A DNA stretch of 64,000 bases from NCBI GenBank assembly GCA_964540635.1, contig CAZINP010000002.1:20963-84962 (forward strand). Reading direction: 5' to 3'. Source of the stretch: an uncultured Gammaproteobacteria bacterium (GTDB lineage Bacteria > Patescibacteriota > Patescibacteriia > Buchananbacterales > UBA6539). Below, one piece after another: positions 48,253 to 58,373 of this stretch. Below the pieces are notes generated by a model. That model was not told the DNA's origin and ran no database searches. It was given only the letters and a program-made list of their open reading frames with translations. Every line of letters begins with the position of its first letter. Position 1 is the first letter of the stretch. The translations under genes were made by a program, and so were the position numbers.

Positions 48253-49944
48253 ATGTTTGCAAAAAAAAATAAGATTCAAATTGCGTTAATCACAATAATA
48301 ATAATGGCGGTTTTGGCCATTATGATTGATTTTCCGCAACAATTACAAAAGTCGGGATTTCCCATTCCGTCGTTTTTGAATTTGCCTTATAGATTAGGGC
48401 TTGATTTACAGGGTGGAACACAGCTTATTTATACAGCTGATGTTTCAAATATTGCCACCGGAGACCAAGAAAGTGCGGTCGAAGGTGTTAGAGATGTTAT
48501 TGAACGCCGAGTTAATGCTTTTGGTGTAGCCGAACCATTGGTTCAAACTTCTAAAGTTGAAGATTCTTATCGAATTATAGTTGAATTGGCTGGCGTTTCC
48601 GATATCAATCAGGCAATAAAAATGATTGGCGAAACACCTCTTTTGGAATTCAAAGAATTAAACCCGGTTCAAGCAGTCAGCATTACAGAGGATCAAAAAA
48701 AGGAAATGGATGCCTATAATTCAGAAGCTCTTAAGAAAGCTCAAAGTACTCTAGCTGAAGCCTTAAAGCTTGGTTCTAATTTTAGCGATCTTGCCAAAAA
48801 ATACAGCGAGGATTCCGGCTCAAAAGACAACGGTGGTGATTTAGGCTTTGTAAAAAGAGGGGTTATGGTTTCAGAGTTTGAAAAGGCATGTTTTGATGAT
48901 CTTAATGATGGTGAAATCGATAAAAATTTAGTTAAAACTGAATACGGCTATCACATTATTAAACGCGTGGCTCATAAGGGAGAAGGGGATAATTTGGAAG
49001 TACAGTGCAGTCATATATTATTTTTGACAAAGTCGGAGGTTGATTTTGGCACGGTTCCTGATCAGTGGCTTTTAACCGGATTAAGCGGGAAACAATTAAC
49101 CAAGGCTCAGGTTACCTTTGATTCCAACACTCAGATGCCAATGATTAGTTTAGAGTTTAACAGTGAAGGCAAGGATTTATTTTCCGAAATAACTACAAGA
49201 AACATTGGAAAGCCGGTTGCGATTTTCTTAGACGGCGAACCGATAAGCACTCCAACCGTCCAAGAGGCGATTAAGGATGGTAAAGCGGTTATCAATGGTA
49301 AATTCACAATTCCAGAAGCAAAATTGTTGGCCCAAAGGCTTAATGCCGGTGCCTTACCCGTTCCAATCAACATGATTTCACAAAAAACAGTCGGGGCGAG
49401 CCTTGGAAGTGAATCCGTTAATCAAAGCGTAAAAGCTGGTATTTTAAGCTTGATTTTAATCTGCTTGTTCATGATTTTATATTATCGCTTACCCGGCTTA
49501 GTTTCTTCAATTGCTTTACTATTCTATGCCGTCGTGGTTGTTGCCGTTTTTAAGATTTTAAACGTTACCCTTACCTTATCCGGAATTGCCGGCTTTGTCC
49601 TGTCGTTAGGTATGGCTGTTGATGCCAATATTCTTATTTTTGAGCGCTTAAAAGAAGAAATTAGATGGGGTAAACCATTTTCCATGGCAATTGAAGAAGG
49701 ATTTAAGCGTGCCTGGTCTTCAATTTTAGACGGCCACGTTGCTACACTTATATCTTGTGGTATCTTAATTTGGTTTTCCACCAGCATGATTAAAGGCTTT
49801 GCCATAACTTTAGCAATCGGCACAATCATGAGTTTATTTTCGGCCATTGTTGTTACCCGCATCATCATCAAAGCATTAACCAAAATCAATAGCCTTAATA
49901 AAAACTGGCTTTACGGCGTTAGCAAAAAATCAATCAACAAATAA
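48253..49944 (+). CDS. secD: Protein translocase subunit SecD with inserted parvulin domain
   Basis: LGLDLQGG, RRVNAFGVAEP, AGALP, GMAVDANILIFER; insertion FSDLAKKYSED..NGGDLG..YGYHII. Confidence 0.95.
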   Translation: MFAKKNKIQIALITIIIMAVLAIMIDFPQQLQKSGFPIPSFLNLPYRLGLDLQGGTQLIYTADVSNIATGDQESAVEGVRDVIERRVNAFGVAEPLVQTSKVEDSYRIIVELAGVSDINQAIKMIGETPLLEFKELNPVQAVSITEDQKKEMDAYNSEALKKAQSTLAEALKLGSNFSDLAKKYSEDSGSKDNGGDLGFVKRGVMVSEFEKACFDDLNDGEIDKNLVKTEYGYHIIKRVAHKGEGDNLEVQCSHILFLTKSEVDFGTVPDQWLLTGLSGKQLTKAQVTFDSNTQMPMISLEFNSEGKDLFSEITTRNIGKPVAIFLDGEPISTPTVQEAIKDGKAVINGKFTIPEAKLLAQRLNAGALPVPINMISQKTVGASLGSESVNQSVKAGILSLILICLFMILYYRLPGLVSSIALLFYAVVVVAVFKILNVTLTLSGIAGFVLSLGMAVDANILIFERLKEEIRWGKPFSMAIEEGFKRAWSSILDGHVATLISCGILIWFSTSMIKGFAITLAIGTIMSLFSAIVVTRIIIKALTKINSLNKNWLYGVSKKSINK

Positions 49945-49947
49945 TCT

Positions 49948-50862
49948 ATGATATCAATAATTAAAAAAAGAAAAATTTGGCTGACCCTTTCTTCAATAAT
50001 GGTTATTATCAGCATTGTTTCTTTTGCCCTATACGGCTTAAAGCTCGGCATTGATTTTACCGGCGGCAGTTTGCTTGAAGTTGAGTATTTTGTTGAAAGA
50101 CCAACCAATCAATTTGTCAGCGATGCTTTAGGTGAAATTGGCTTAACCAATGCCGTTATTCAACCCTTGGGTGATAATGGCATGACAATACGCCTTAAAG
50201 AAATCGATGAAAATACGCATCAGCAGATTATCTCAACCCTTAAGGAAAAACTTAAAACTAACGATTCTCCGGAAGTGGTGCTTGAAGAAAAACAATTTGA
50301 TTCTATTGGACCAACCATCGGACAAGAGTTAAAAAATAAATCTGTTTGGGCATTGATTATTGTGGGCGTCGCAATTATTACCTATATCGCTTGGGCATTC
50401 AGAAAAGTCTCAAAACCGGTTGCCTCCTGGAAGTATGGTTTAATTGTTACTATTGCTTTGTTTCACGATATTATTATCGTTGTGGGTGCATTTTCTTTGC
50501 TTGGACACTTTTATGGAATTGAAGTTAATGCTCCGTTTATCGCTGCGCTTTTAACAATTTTTGGTTATTCTAATAATGATACAATCGTTGTCTTTGATCG
50601 CATCAGAGAAAACCTCAAAAAGCATCACAATAAAGATTTTGAAGAAGTTGTTGAAAATAGCATCAGCGAAGTTATCGTTAGATCAATAAACACCTCTTTT
50701 ACCGTATTAATGGCGCTTTTGGCAATTTACATTTTTGGAGGTCGCTCAATTTCTGACTTTACCCTTGCTCTTATTATGGGTGTAATTGTTGGAACCTACT
50801 CCTCAATTTTCTTGGCAAGCCCGCTTTTGGTTGTTTGGGAAAAAATATCACAAAAAAAATAA
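49948..50862 (+). CDS. secF: Protein translocase subunit SecF
   Basis: GIDFTGG, IGPTIGQEL, GYS.NDTIVVFDRIRE, GTYSSIF. Confidence 0.96.
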   Translation: MISIIKKRKIWLTLSSIMVIISIVSFALYGLKLGIDFTGGSLLEVEYFVERPTNQFVSDALGEIGLTNAVIQPLGDNGMTIRLKEIDENTHQQIISTLKEKLKTNDSPEVVLEEKQFDSIGPTIGQELKNKSVWALIIVGVAIITYIAWAFRKVSKPVASWKYGLIVTIALFHDIIIVVGAFSLLGHFYGIEVNAPFIAALLTIFGYSNNDTIVVFDRIRENLKKHHNKDFEEVVENSISEVIVRSINTSFTVLMALLAIYIFGGRSISDFTLALIMGVIVGTYSSIFLASPLLVVWEKISQKK

Positions 50863-50929
50863 GTATATAAAAACAACAGCTATAACCTAGCTGCTGTTTT
50901 TTATTTTTAATTTCTATAGATGGCTATAC

Positions 50930-50958
50930 TTGACATAGTCCTCTTTTTATGATATTCT
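50930..50958 (+). promoter_or_regulatory. Sigma70 promoter
   Basis: TTGACA-N17-TATTCT with TG extended -10. Confidence 0.6.
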
Positions 50959-51041
50959 TAAGGTGTTAAAAAATATCCACTCACATATTTAAGAATTATA
51001 GCTTATTTTAGCAAAATTTATTAGATATTTAGGTTAAAAAT

Positions 51042-52208
51042 ATGGAAAATAACAACTCAATATTGGATAAAATCATTGAAAGTCAAGAAAAAAGACAAGC
51101 ATCTCAATTTAATCCAAACGACCTCGTCTCTTTACTTTTAAAAAATCTTTCTTCTAAAGAAAGCGACATTTTAAGTCGCCGTTTTGGTATTTTGGGTAAA
51201 AAAAGAGAAACACTTGAAGAGATTGGTAAATATTATGAAATTACCAGAGAAAGAATTAGGCAGATTGAAATGTCTACCATTAAGAAACTCAAAGATTTAA
51301 AGAGTTTTAGACAAAATATTGAAGCGGCTGAACAACACATCACTCATTTACTTGAAAACCACGGCGGAATTATGGAAGAGGGTTTTTTGATGGAAGAAAT
51401 CGGTTATAACGATGAAACTCAAAATCAATCAATTAAATTCATCTTAAACCACCTTATTAACGATAAAGTTGAACCGATAAAAAGTGACTCGCATCTTTTG
51501 AGTGGTTGGAAATTGCCTGTTTTGCAGACAAATATTGTGAAAGACATGATAAATGAGTTAATGGAAATCATTAATCTTGAAAACAGGCTTTTAAAACTTG
51601 AGGAATTGCTTGGAAAAATGCGCGAGCGCGATTTTTATACGAACAACAAAGAACACTTTTTGGGTTTGAAACTTGGAACTGACGAAGAAAAACTTGAAAA
51701 TGAACTTGATAAAATAGTTCATTCATACTTAAGAGTTGCCAAAAATATTGATAAAAATATTCTTGGCGAATGGGGTTTAGCCAATTGGAATGCCGTTAAA
51801 CCCAAAAGAATGAGTGATAAGATTTACTTGGTTTTAAGAAAAGCCAATAAACCTTTACATTTTGTTGAAATTACCGATTTAATCAACCAATCAGAATTTG
51901 ATAAAAAAACCGCTTATCCGGCTACAATTCACAATGAATTAATCTTAGATGAAAGATTTGTTTTGGTCGGCCGCGGAATTTACGCCCTGAAAGAATGGGG
52001 TTATAAAAATGGCACAGTAATGGACATTATTGTTGATGTTTTAAAAAACTCTGATCAACCGATGACCAAAGATCAAATCACACAGGCTGTTTTAGACCAA
52101 AGAATTGTCAGAAAAAGCACAATTGACCTTGCTTTAACCAATAAAGCCAAAATCAAGAAAACCGCAGACGGCAAATATACTCTTGCCGAAGCCAAGATCG
52201 AGGCTTAA
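51042..52208 (+). CDS. Sigma70 region-4 HTH fused to winged HTH domains (HARE-HTH/RNAP delta-N-like)
   Basis: RRFG..TLEEIG..ITRERIRQIE; KPLHF.EI..I, TIHNELI.D.RFVLVGRGIYALKEWG. Confidence 0.8.
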   Translation: MENNNSILDKIIESQEKRQASQFNPNDLVSLLLKNLSSKESDILSRRFGILGKKRETLEEIGKYYEITRERIRQIEMSTIKKLKDLKSFRQNIEAAEQHITHLLENHGGIMEEGFLMEEIGYNDETQNQSIKFILNHLINDKVEPIKSDSHLLSGWKLPVLQTNIVKDMINELMEIINLENRLLKLEELLGKMRERDFYTNNKEHFLGLKLGTDEEKLENELDKIVHSYLRVAKNIDKNILGEWGLANWNAVKPKRMSDKIYLVLRKANKPLHFVEITDLINQSEFDKKTAYPATIHNELILDERFVLVGRGIYALKEWGYKNGTVMDIIVDVLKNSDQPMTKDQITQAVLDQRIVRKSTIDLALTNKAKIKKTADGKYTLAEAKIEA

Positions 52209-52246
52209 CCTTTGAATAAAAAACAAAAATAAAATATAATTGATAT

Positions 52247-53689
52247 ATGGAGTTTGTTATTGATTTATCTGGAATACCGACCGGCAGCCCAATCTTATTC
52301 GGCTGGTGGTTTTTTAAAACAATTGGCTGGATTTTTCCGGTCATTTTTGTTGTCATGGGGATTATTGATTATTGGCAGAGTCAACTTAAGGATAAATACA
52401 GAAAAACCCGCAAATACATTACTCTGGCCATAGACGTGCCCAAAAACTTAGAAATTGGCCCCTTGTCGGTTGAGAATATTTTTAATCAACTTGCCGGTGC
52501 ACAAATGGGTGTTGGTCGAATGGAAAAATGGTGGACGGGTGAAATCCCAGATAGCTTTTCGTTTGAAATTGTCAGTATTGGGGGGTATATCCAATTCCTG
52601 ATAAATTGCTGCGAACAATATCGTGATTTAGTCGAAGCAATTATTTATGCTCAATACCCGGACGCAGAAATAATGGAAGTTGAAGATTACACCAAAGATT
52701 ATAAAAAAATCAAATTTCCGAACAGTAAATATGAACTCTGGGGCACAGAAATTATTTTGGATAAAAAAGATTTTCTGCCCATCAGAACTTATACTGAATT
52801 TGAACATAATGTAGAAGGCTATCGCGACTCTATGGCCGGCCTACTTGAAGCCCTCACTAGAATTGCTCCGGGTGAACAAATATGGTTGCAATTCGTCGTA
52901 ACCCCAGCAGGAAACGACTGGGCAGAGAAAGGTAAGATTGAAATTAAAAAAATGATTGGCGAAAAGGTGGAAAAGAAAAAAGATATTTTTGATAAAATTT
53001 ACGATTTTCCACTATCAATTCTTAGTCTTGTTGGTGATTCAATCGGTTTTGGCGGTGAGGGTGGTGGAGACAAAAAATCGTCTGATTTAATCAATAAAGT
53101 TCCACATCTAACCGACGGCGAAAAACTTGTCGTTAAATCAGCTGGCCGTAAAATTAGTAAATTAGGTTTTTATACAAAAATTCGAGTAATATATTTAGCC
53201 GAAAAAGAACAATTCAAATCAATTGTTCCAAAGGTGATAATGGGGGGTTTCAAACAATTCAACACTTTGGACATGAACGCCTTTAAAACTGATTCAAAAA
53301 CTAAAACTGGCGGCATTGTATATCGAAAGAAAAAAAGGCTGGCTGAAAGAAAAAATAAAATCTTAAAAAGATTTTCGAGTCGTGGCCACGATTTAGAGCC
53401 AGGGACATATGGCAATGTTTTAAATAGCGAAGAACTTGCAACGCTTTATCATTTCCCAACCCTAAATGTTAAAGCGCCGATGTTAAAACATTCTGAAGCC
53501 AAGAAGGCTGAGCCGCCCATGACATTGCCGGTAGAAAACGGCAATCATTTTCTTTCCAAAAAACCGATATCGGCACCTTCAAGCATCGCGGCCGATACTG
53601 TTAGCGTTACTGAAAATCCAACCGTACAAATAATTGAGCCCCAAAGCTCAGCTAAGGCTGAGCCGCCGGCTAATCTCCCAATTGGATAA
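52247..53689 (+). CDS. Conserved CPR membrane-anchored partner of VirD4-like ATPase
   Basis: FSFEIVS.GG.I.F, IYAQYPDAEI.EVEDY, PIRTY..F, LN.EELATLYHFP motifs. Confidence 0.7.
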   Translation: MEFVIDLSGIPTGSPILFGWWFFKTIGWIFPVIFVVMGIIDYWQSQLKDKYRKTRKYITLAIDVPKNLEIGPLSVENIFNQLAGAQMGVGRMEKWWTGEIPDSFSFEIVSIGGYIQFLINCCEQYRDLVEAIIYAQYPDAEIMEVEDYTKDYKKIKFPNSKYELWGTEIILDKKDFLPIRTYTEFEHNVEGYRDSMAGLLEALTRIAPGEQIWLQFVVTPAGNDWAEKGKIEIKKMIGEKVEKKKDIFDKIYDFPLSILSLVGDSIGFGGEGGGDKKSSDLINKVPHLTDGEKLVVKSAGRKISKLGFYTKIRVIYLAEKEQFKSIVPKVIMGGFKQFNTLDMNAFKTDSKTKTGGIVYRKKKRLAERKNKILKRFSSRGHDLEPGTYGNVLNSEELATLYHFPTLNVKAPMLKHSEAKKAEPPMTLPVENGNHFLSKKPISAPSSIAADTVSVTENPTVQIIEPQSSAKAEPPANLPIG

Positions 53690-53702
53690 TCGTACTTTAT
53701 TT

Positions 53703-55661
53703 ATGGAGGAACAAAATCAAACAATAAAACCAGAGCCAAAATTCCAGAAAGATATCTGTTTTTTTGGCGTAACAAATTTTCGAAATAGAAGAGTTAAATT
53801 TGGAATAAAAAAAGACGATAGAAGACGACACATGTATCTCATCGGTAAAACCGGTATGGGTAAATCAACGGTGATGGAAAATATGATCATCCAGGATATT
53901 TGGAATGGAGAGGGGGTTGCCCTTGTTGACCCGCACGGCGATTTTGCAGAAAAAATTCTTGATTGGATACCAAGTCACAGAATTAACGACGTAATCTATT
54001 TTAACCCATCAGATATAGACTATCCGATTGCTTTTAATGTAATGGAATCAGCCACCAGAGAACATAAGCACTTAATTGCCTCCGGGCTTATTGGCGTGTT
54101 TAAAAAGCTGTGGGCTGACTCTTGGGGCCCCAGACTTGAATATTTGCTTAGAAACGCAATTTTGGCCCTTTTGGACTACCCCGGCAGCACCCTGCTTGGT
54201 GTAATGAGAATTTTAGTCAACAAAGAATATCGGGAAAAAGTGATTGAAAAATGCCAAGATCCGGTTGTTAAGTCATTTTGGGTTGAAGAATATTCAAAAT
54301 ATACCCAACAATTTGCGGTTGAAGCCATTGCGCCTATTCAAAATAAAGTCGGCCAATTTTTGTCAACGGCCATGATTAGAAATGTGGTTGGTCAGGTAAA
54401 ATCAACAATTAACATCAGAGAGATCATGGACGAACAAAAAATCTTGATTATGAATCTCTCCAAGGGTAGGGTAGGCGAGGACGCTTCGGCTCTTTTGGGC
54501 GCAATGATGATCACCAAGATTCAATTGGCGGCTATGAGCCGAATTGATATTCCGGAAAGTGAAAGAAAAGATTTTTATCTATACGTTGACGAATTCCAAA
54601 ATTTTGCGACTGAGTCTTTCGCCAATATTTTATCTGAAGCCAGAAAATATCATTTGGATTTAATAATCGCGCACCAATACGTTGAACAGCTAGATGAAAT
54701 TGTCAGAGCAGCGGTTTTTGGCAACGTTGGAACCATCATGTGTTTTCGGGTGGGCGCGGCTGATGCGGAATTTTTAGAAACAGAATTTGCACCTTATTTT
54801 ACCCCGGAAGATTTGGTCAATTTAACCAAATTTGACAACTACATGAAACTGATGATTGATGGTGTTGCATCAAATCCATTTTCATCTTCTACTTTGCCGC
54901 CCTTAGACAAAGAAGTTTGGACCGGCAACAAACAAAAGGTAATCTCTGTTTCCCGAGAAAGATACGCCAAGCCACGAGAAGTGGTTGAAGACAAAATTAA
55001 TCGCTGGAGCGGCATAAGCGGCTTCATGGAAGATGACGATGACTCCACAACAACTCCTAAGTTTAAAAACGAGAAAACAACCACCCAAGCCCAACCGGCT
55101 AATAGGTCAGACAAAAGATCAGGCAAAAAGACTGAAAAAAAATCTGACAAAAAAAGTGATAACAGTAAGAAATCTAAATCTTTTGGTAAAGTTGAGTGTC
55201 ATGAGTGTGGCAAGTTGACTGAGATAAATTTCAAACCAGACGGTGTCAGGCCGGTTTACTGTCAGTCTTGCTTTCAAAAAATCAGAGAAAAATTGATGCG
55301 CGGCGAAGTTGTCCAGGACTTGATGCAAGAGGTGGAAAATGAATCTGCGCCAACTGTTTCTTTAATGGAAGCTCTTAAGAAAACCCCTCAAAGCTTTGAT
55401 AATAAACCGATAAAAAACAAATTGCACAAAGAAAAAAAGCTTAATAAAAATATTAAAAATGAAAAGGAAGAAGATAGGGAAGAAGATGAAGATGAGGAAG
55501 AGACCTTGGATTATACTCCGGAAATTGACCCGATCATAAACGAAAACAAAAACCCTGCTATCGAAGAAATAATTCAAGGCTCAATGGCATTGGGGTCACA
55601 CCAGCTAGAAGAAGGTAAGCCAGAAAAAAAAGTTTTACCGGGCCAAGTGGTCAAATTTTAA
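53703..55661 (+). CDS. VirD4/TraG/TraD-like (FtsK-HerA superfamily) ATPase with C-terminal CxxC-x17-CxxC domain
   Basis: RRHMYLIGKTGMGKS, DPHGD, LYVDEFQNF, SEARKY; CHEC..RPVYCQSC; start moved to ATG 53703. Confidence 0.88.
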   Translation: MEEQNQTIKPEPKFQKDICFFGVTNFRNRRVKFGIKKDDRRRHMYLIGKTGMGKSTVMENMIIQDIWNGEGVALVDPHGDFAEKILDWIPSHRINDVIYFNPSDIDYPIAFNVMESATREHKHLIASGLIGVFKKLWADSWGPRLEYLLRNAILALLDYPGSTLLGVMRILVNKEYREKVIEKCQDPVVKSFWVEEYSKYTQQFAVEAIAPIQNKVGQFLSTAMIRNVVGQVKSTINIREIMDEQKILIMNLSKGRVGEDASALLGAMMITKIQLAAMSRIDIPESERKDFYLYVDEFQNFATESFANILSEARKYHLDLIIAHQYVEQLDEIVRAAVFGNVGTIMCFRVGAADAEFLETEFAPYFTPEDLVNLTKFDNYMKLMIDGVASNPFSSSTLPPLDKEVWTGNKQKVISVSRERYAKPREVVEDKINRWSGISGFMEDDDDSTTTPKFKNEKTTTQAQPANRSDKRSGKKTEKKSDKKSDNSKKSKSFGKVECHECGKLTEINFKPDGVRPVYCQSCFQKIREKLMRGEVVQDLMQEVENESAPTVSLMEALKKTPQSFDNKPIKNKLHKEKKLNKNIKNEKEEDREEDEDEEETLDYTPEIDPIINENKNPAIEEIIQGSMALGSHQLEEGKPEKKVLPGQVVKF

Positions 55662-55663
55662 TT

Positions 55664-55692
55664 TTGACATATATTTTTTATTCCGATAAAAT
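55664..55692 (+). promoter_or_regulatory. Sigma70 promoter of ugd
   Basis: TTGACA-N17-TAAAAT. Confidence 0.72.
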
Positions 55693-55730
55693 ATAAAGAC
55701 AATTTTAAGTCTTTTTTTATTTAACAAACT

Positions 55731-57032
55731 ATGAAATTAGCCATTATCGGAACCGGATATGTCGGATTAACCACCGGCGTTTGTTTGGCAGAACTTGGCC
55801 AGGACGTAATCTGCATTGACAATGATCCCGAAAAATTAAACAAATTAAATTCCGGAAAATCACCAATTTTTGAAGTTGGACTGGAAGAATTAATTAAAAA
55901 AAACATGGAAAACGGTCGGCTAAAGTTTTCCAATGAAATTGCTTCTGCGGTAAAAGAATCAGAAGTTATTTTTATTTGCGTTAATACTCCGCCAAAAGAA
56001 GACGGCCACGCTGATTTAAAATTTGTTGAAAAAGTTGCCCGAGAAATTGCTGCAAATCTAAACGATAATTACCGAGTTATAGTAGATAAAAGCACGGTGC
56101 CTGTAAGAACCGCTGAAAAAGTTAAGGAAACTATCTTAAGATATAGACCAGAAGCTAATTTTGATGTTGTTTCTAATCCCGAATTTCTCAAAGAAGGCAC
56201 AGCAGTTAAAGACACAATGGAGCCGGACAGAATTGTAATTGGTGCTGATACAGAAAAGGCTAAAAATAAAATGCTTGAAGTATATAAGCCCCTTATTGAT
56301 TCAACTCACGCGCCGGTAAAATTGGTTTCGGTCAGAAGCGCTGAATTAATTAAACACGGGGCTAACACATTTTTGGCGACCAAAATTTCATTTGCCAATT
56401 TGATTGCTCAAACCTGCGAAGAAGCCGGCGCGGACGCGCTAGAAGTTTTGGAATCAATCGGTTTGGATGAAAGAATCGGCTCGCAATTCTTAAAGCCAGG
56501 CATTGGCTTTGGAGGAAGCTGCTTTCCTAAAGATATTGCTGCCTACAAAAAAACCTTAGAGGTACTTGGGATTGATAACTCGTTTGTACAGGCAGTTGAA
56601 AAAATAAACGCAATGTCATTAAATAATTTTTTAAGAAAAATAGAAAGAGAACTTTGGGTTTTGGACGGAAAAACAATTGGAGTTTTAGGCTTAGCCTTTA
56701 AGGCAAATACAGATGATATTAGAAATGCGCCAGCGCTTAAATTAATCAAAAGTTTGGCCGGTGACGGGGCAATAATTCAAACCTACGACCCGCAAGCCAT
56801 GGAAAATACTAAAAAATTACTACCGGATTTGCTTTATAAAAATGATCCTTACGAAGTCGCTGCCGGGGCAGAAGCTTTAATTATTTGCACCGAGTGGGAT
56901 GAATTTAAAAACCTTGACCTTCAAAAAATCAAAGGATTGATGGTGGCACCCATAATTTTTGACGGCAGAAATATTTTTCAGCCCGATATGATTAAAAAAA
57001 TCGGCTTCAAATATTTTGGTGTTGGAAGATAG
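55731..57032 (+). CDS. ugd: UDP-glucose 6-dehydrogenase
   Basis: GTGYVGL, KSTVP, SNPEFLKEG, GFGGSCFPKD, FDGRN. Confidence 0.94.
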   Translation: MKLAIIGTGYVGLTTGVCLAELGQDVICIDNDPEKLNKLNSGKSPIFEVGLEELIKKNMENGRLKFSNEIASAVKESEVIFICVNTPPKEDGHADLKFVEKVAREIAANLNDNYRVIVDKSTVPVRTAEKVKETILRYRPEANFDVVSNPEFLKEGTAVKDTMEPDRIVIGADTEKAKNKMLEVYKPLIDSTHAPVKLVSVRSAELIKHGANTFLATKISFANLIAQTCEEAGADALEVLESIGLDERIGSQFLKPGIGFGGSCFPKDIAAYKKTLEVLGIDNSFVQAVEKINAMSLNNFLRKIERELWVLDGKTIGVLGLAFKANTDDIRNAPALKLIKSLAGDGAIIQTYDPQAMENTKKLLPDLLYKNDPYEVAAGAEALIICTEWDEFKNLDLQKIKGLMVAPIIFDGRNIFQPDMIKKIGFKYFGVGR

Positions 57033-57106
57033 CTGAAGATAAAATATATAAAAAACTGCGATTTTTTGCAGTTTTTTATTTTTAATTTTAATGCTATAAT
57101 TTATTT

Positions 57107-58249
57107 ATGAAAAATCAAATAACTTCATTTGCAACCTTTTGTGCAACCATAATCGGTGTCGGTCTTTTTGGCTTGCCGTTTGCTGCTTCAAAAATTGGAT
57201 ACTATCCGATGCTGGTTTATTTTGGCGTCCTGACAATCGCCTCAATATTAGTCAATCAAATTTATGCAGAAATTTGTTTGCGCACAAGCAGCAACCATCG
57301 TCTTCCCGGGTTTGCCGGAATATATCTTGGCAAAAGAGCAAAGATTATTTCAATTTTTTCTACAATTATTGGCCTTTTGGGCTCAAATTTAGCTTATATT
57401 GTTGTTGGCGGAACCTTCTTGTTCTATCTTTTAAATCCGGTTTTTGGTCAGAGTGAAACCGTATACATTATTGCTTTTTTCGTCCCCGGTGCAATTTTAG
57501 CCCTTCTTGATTCTAAATCTTTTTCTCGCACAGAACTTGGCGGTTTAGTAATAATTTCTTTGATCGTTATTTTTATGTTATTCAGCAGTCTGCCTAAGAT
57601 TGATATTGAAAACATGCTTTATTACGATTTCTCTTTTAGAAATTTATTCTTGCCCTACGGCGTTATTTTATTTTCCTTATCCGGCATGTCAATTATTCCT
57701 GAGGTAATTGAACGCCTTAAGCCTGAAACTAAAAACGCCAAAGAAATTATTGCTTTAGGTATAGTTTTTTGCGCGGCAATTTATATTGTATTTACTTTTT
57801 TAGTTTTAGGCGTTACCGGAAAAAATACAACCGAAGATGCCTTGACCGGATTAAATAATTTTTTAGGTAATAAAATTTTAATTGCCGGATACGCCTTGGG
57901 CGTGCTGGCAACTTTTACGTCATATATCAGTTCGGCCATTACCATAAAGAAAATATTTATTTACGATATAAATTTCAAACCACTTCTGGCCTGGGGATTA
58001 GCCATTTCAATTCCAATAATGCTGTTTCTGTTTGGCGTCAATGATTTTATTATGATTATCAGCTTTGTTGGGGCGGTAACCATGGGAATTGATAGCTTCA
58101 TGGTTTTTCTCATTTACCGTAAAGCGCTTAAAATGGGGGATAGAAAGCCAGAATTTGAGCTTAAATTGAGTCCAATCGTTATTTATTCATTGGGTGCCAT
58201 GTTTTTATTTGGTGCCGGTTTAGAAATATTTTTTACGGTTTTTAAATAA
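57107..58249 (+). CDS. Aromatic amino acid permease (HAAAP/TyrP-like)
   Basis: TIIGVG.FGLP, LPYGVILFSLSG.S.IPE, ATFTSY; about 11 TMs. Confidence 0.8.
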   Translation: MKNQITSFATFCATIIGVGLFGLPFAASKIGYYPMLVYFGVLTIASILVNQIYAEICLRTSSNHRLPGFAGIYLGKRAKIISIFSTIIGLLGSNLAYIVVGGTFLFYLLNPVFGQSETVYIIAFFVPGAILALLDSKSFSRTELGGLVIISLIVIFMLFSSLPKIDIENMLYYDFSFRNLFLPYGVILFSLSGMSIIPEVIERLKPETKNAKEIIALGIVFCAAIYIVFTFLVLGVTGKNTTEDALTGLNNFLGNKILIAGYALGVLATFTSYISSAITIKKIFIYDINFKPLLAWGLAISIPIMLFLFGVNDFIMIISFVGAVTMGIDSFMVFLIYRKALKMGDRKPEFELKLSPIVIYSLGAMFLFGAGLEIFFTVFK

Positions 58250-58304
58250 AAAAACAGAGAGACGCCAATAGGGTGTTTTTTTATTTAACAAAATATAATA
58301 TCTC

Positions 58305-58364
58305 TTGACACTTGTTAAATTGTTATATATTATATAATTAGCACTCAAACACTAAGAGTGCTAA
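58305..58364 (+). promoter_or_regulatory. Sigma70 promoter plus perfect CIRCE (HrcA operator)
   Basis: TTGACA-N17-TATTAT then TTAGCACTC-N9-GAGTGCTAA at 58338-58364. Confidence 0.95.
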
Positions 58365-58373
58365 TAAACAACT

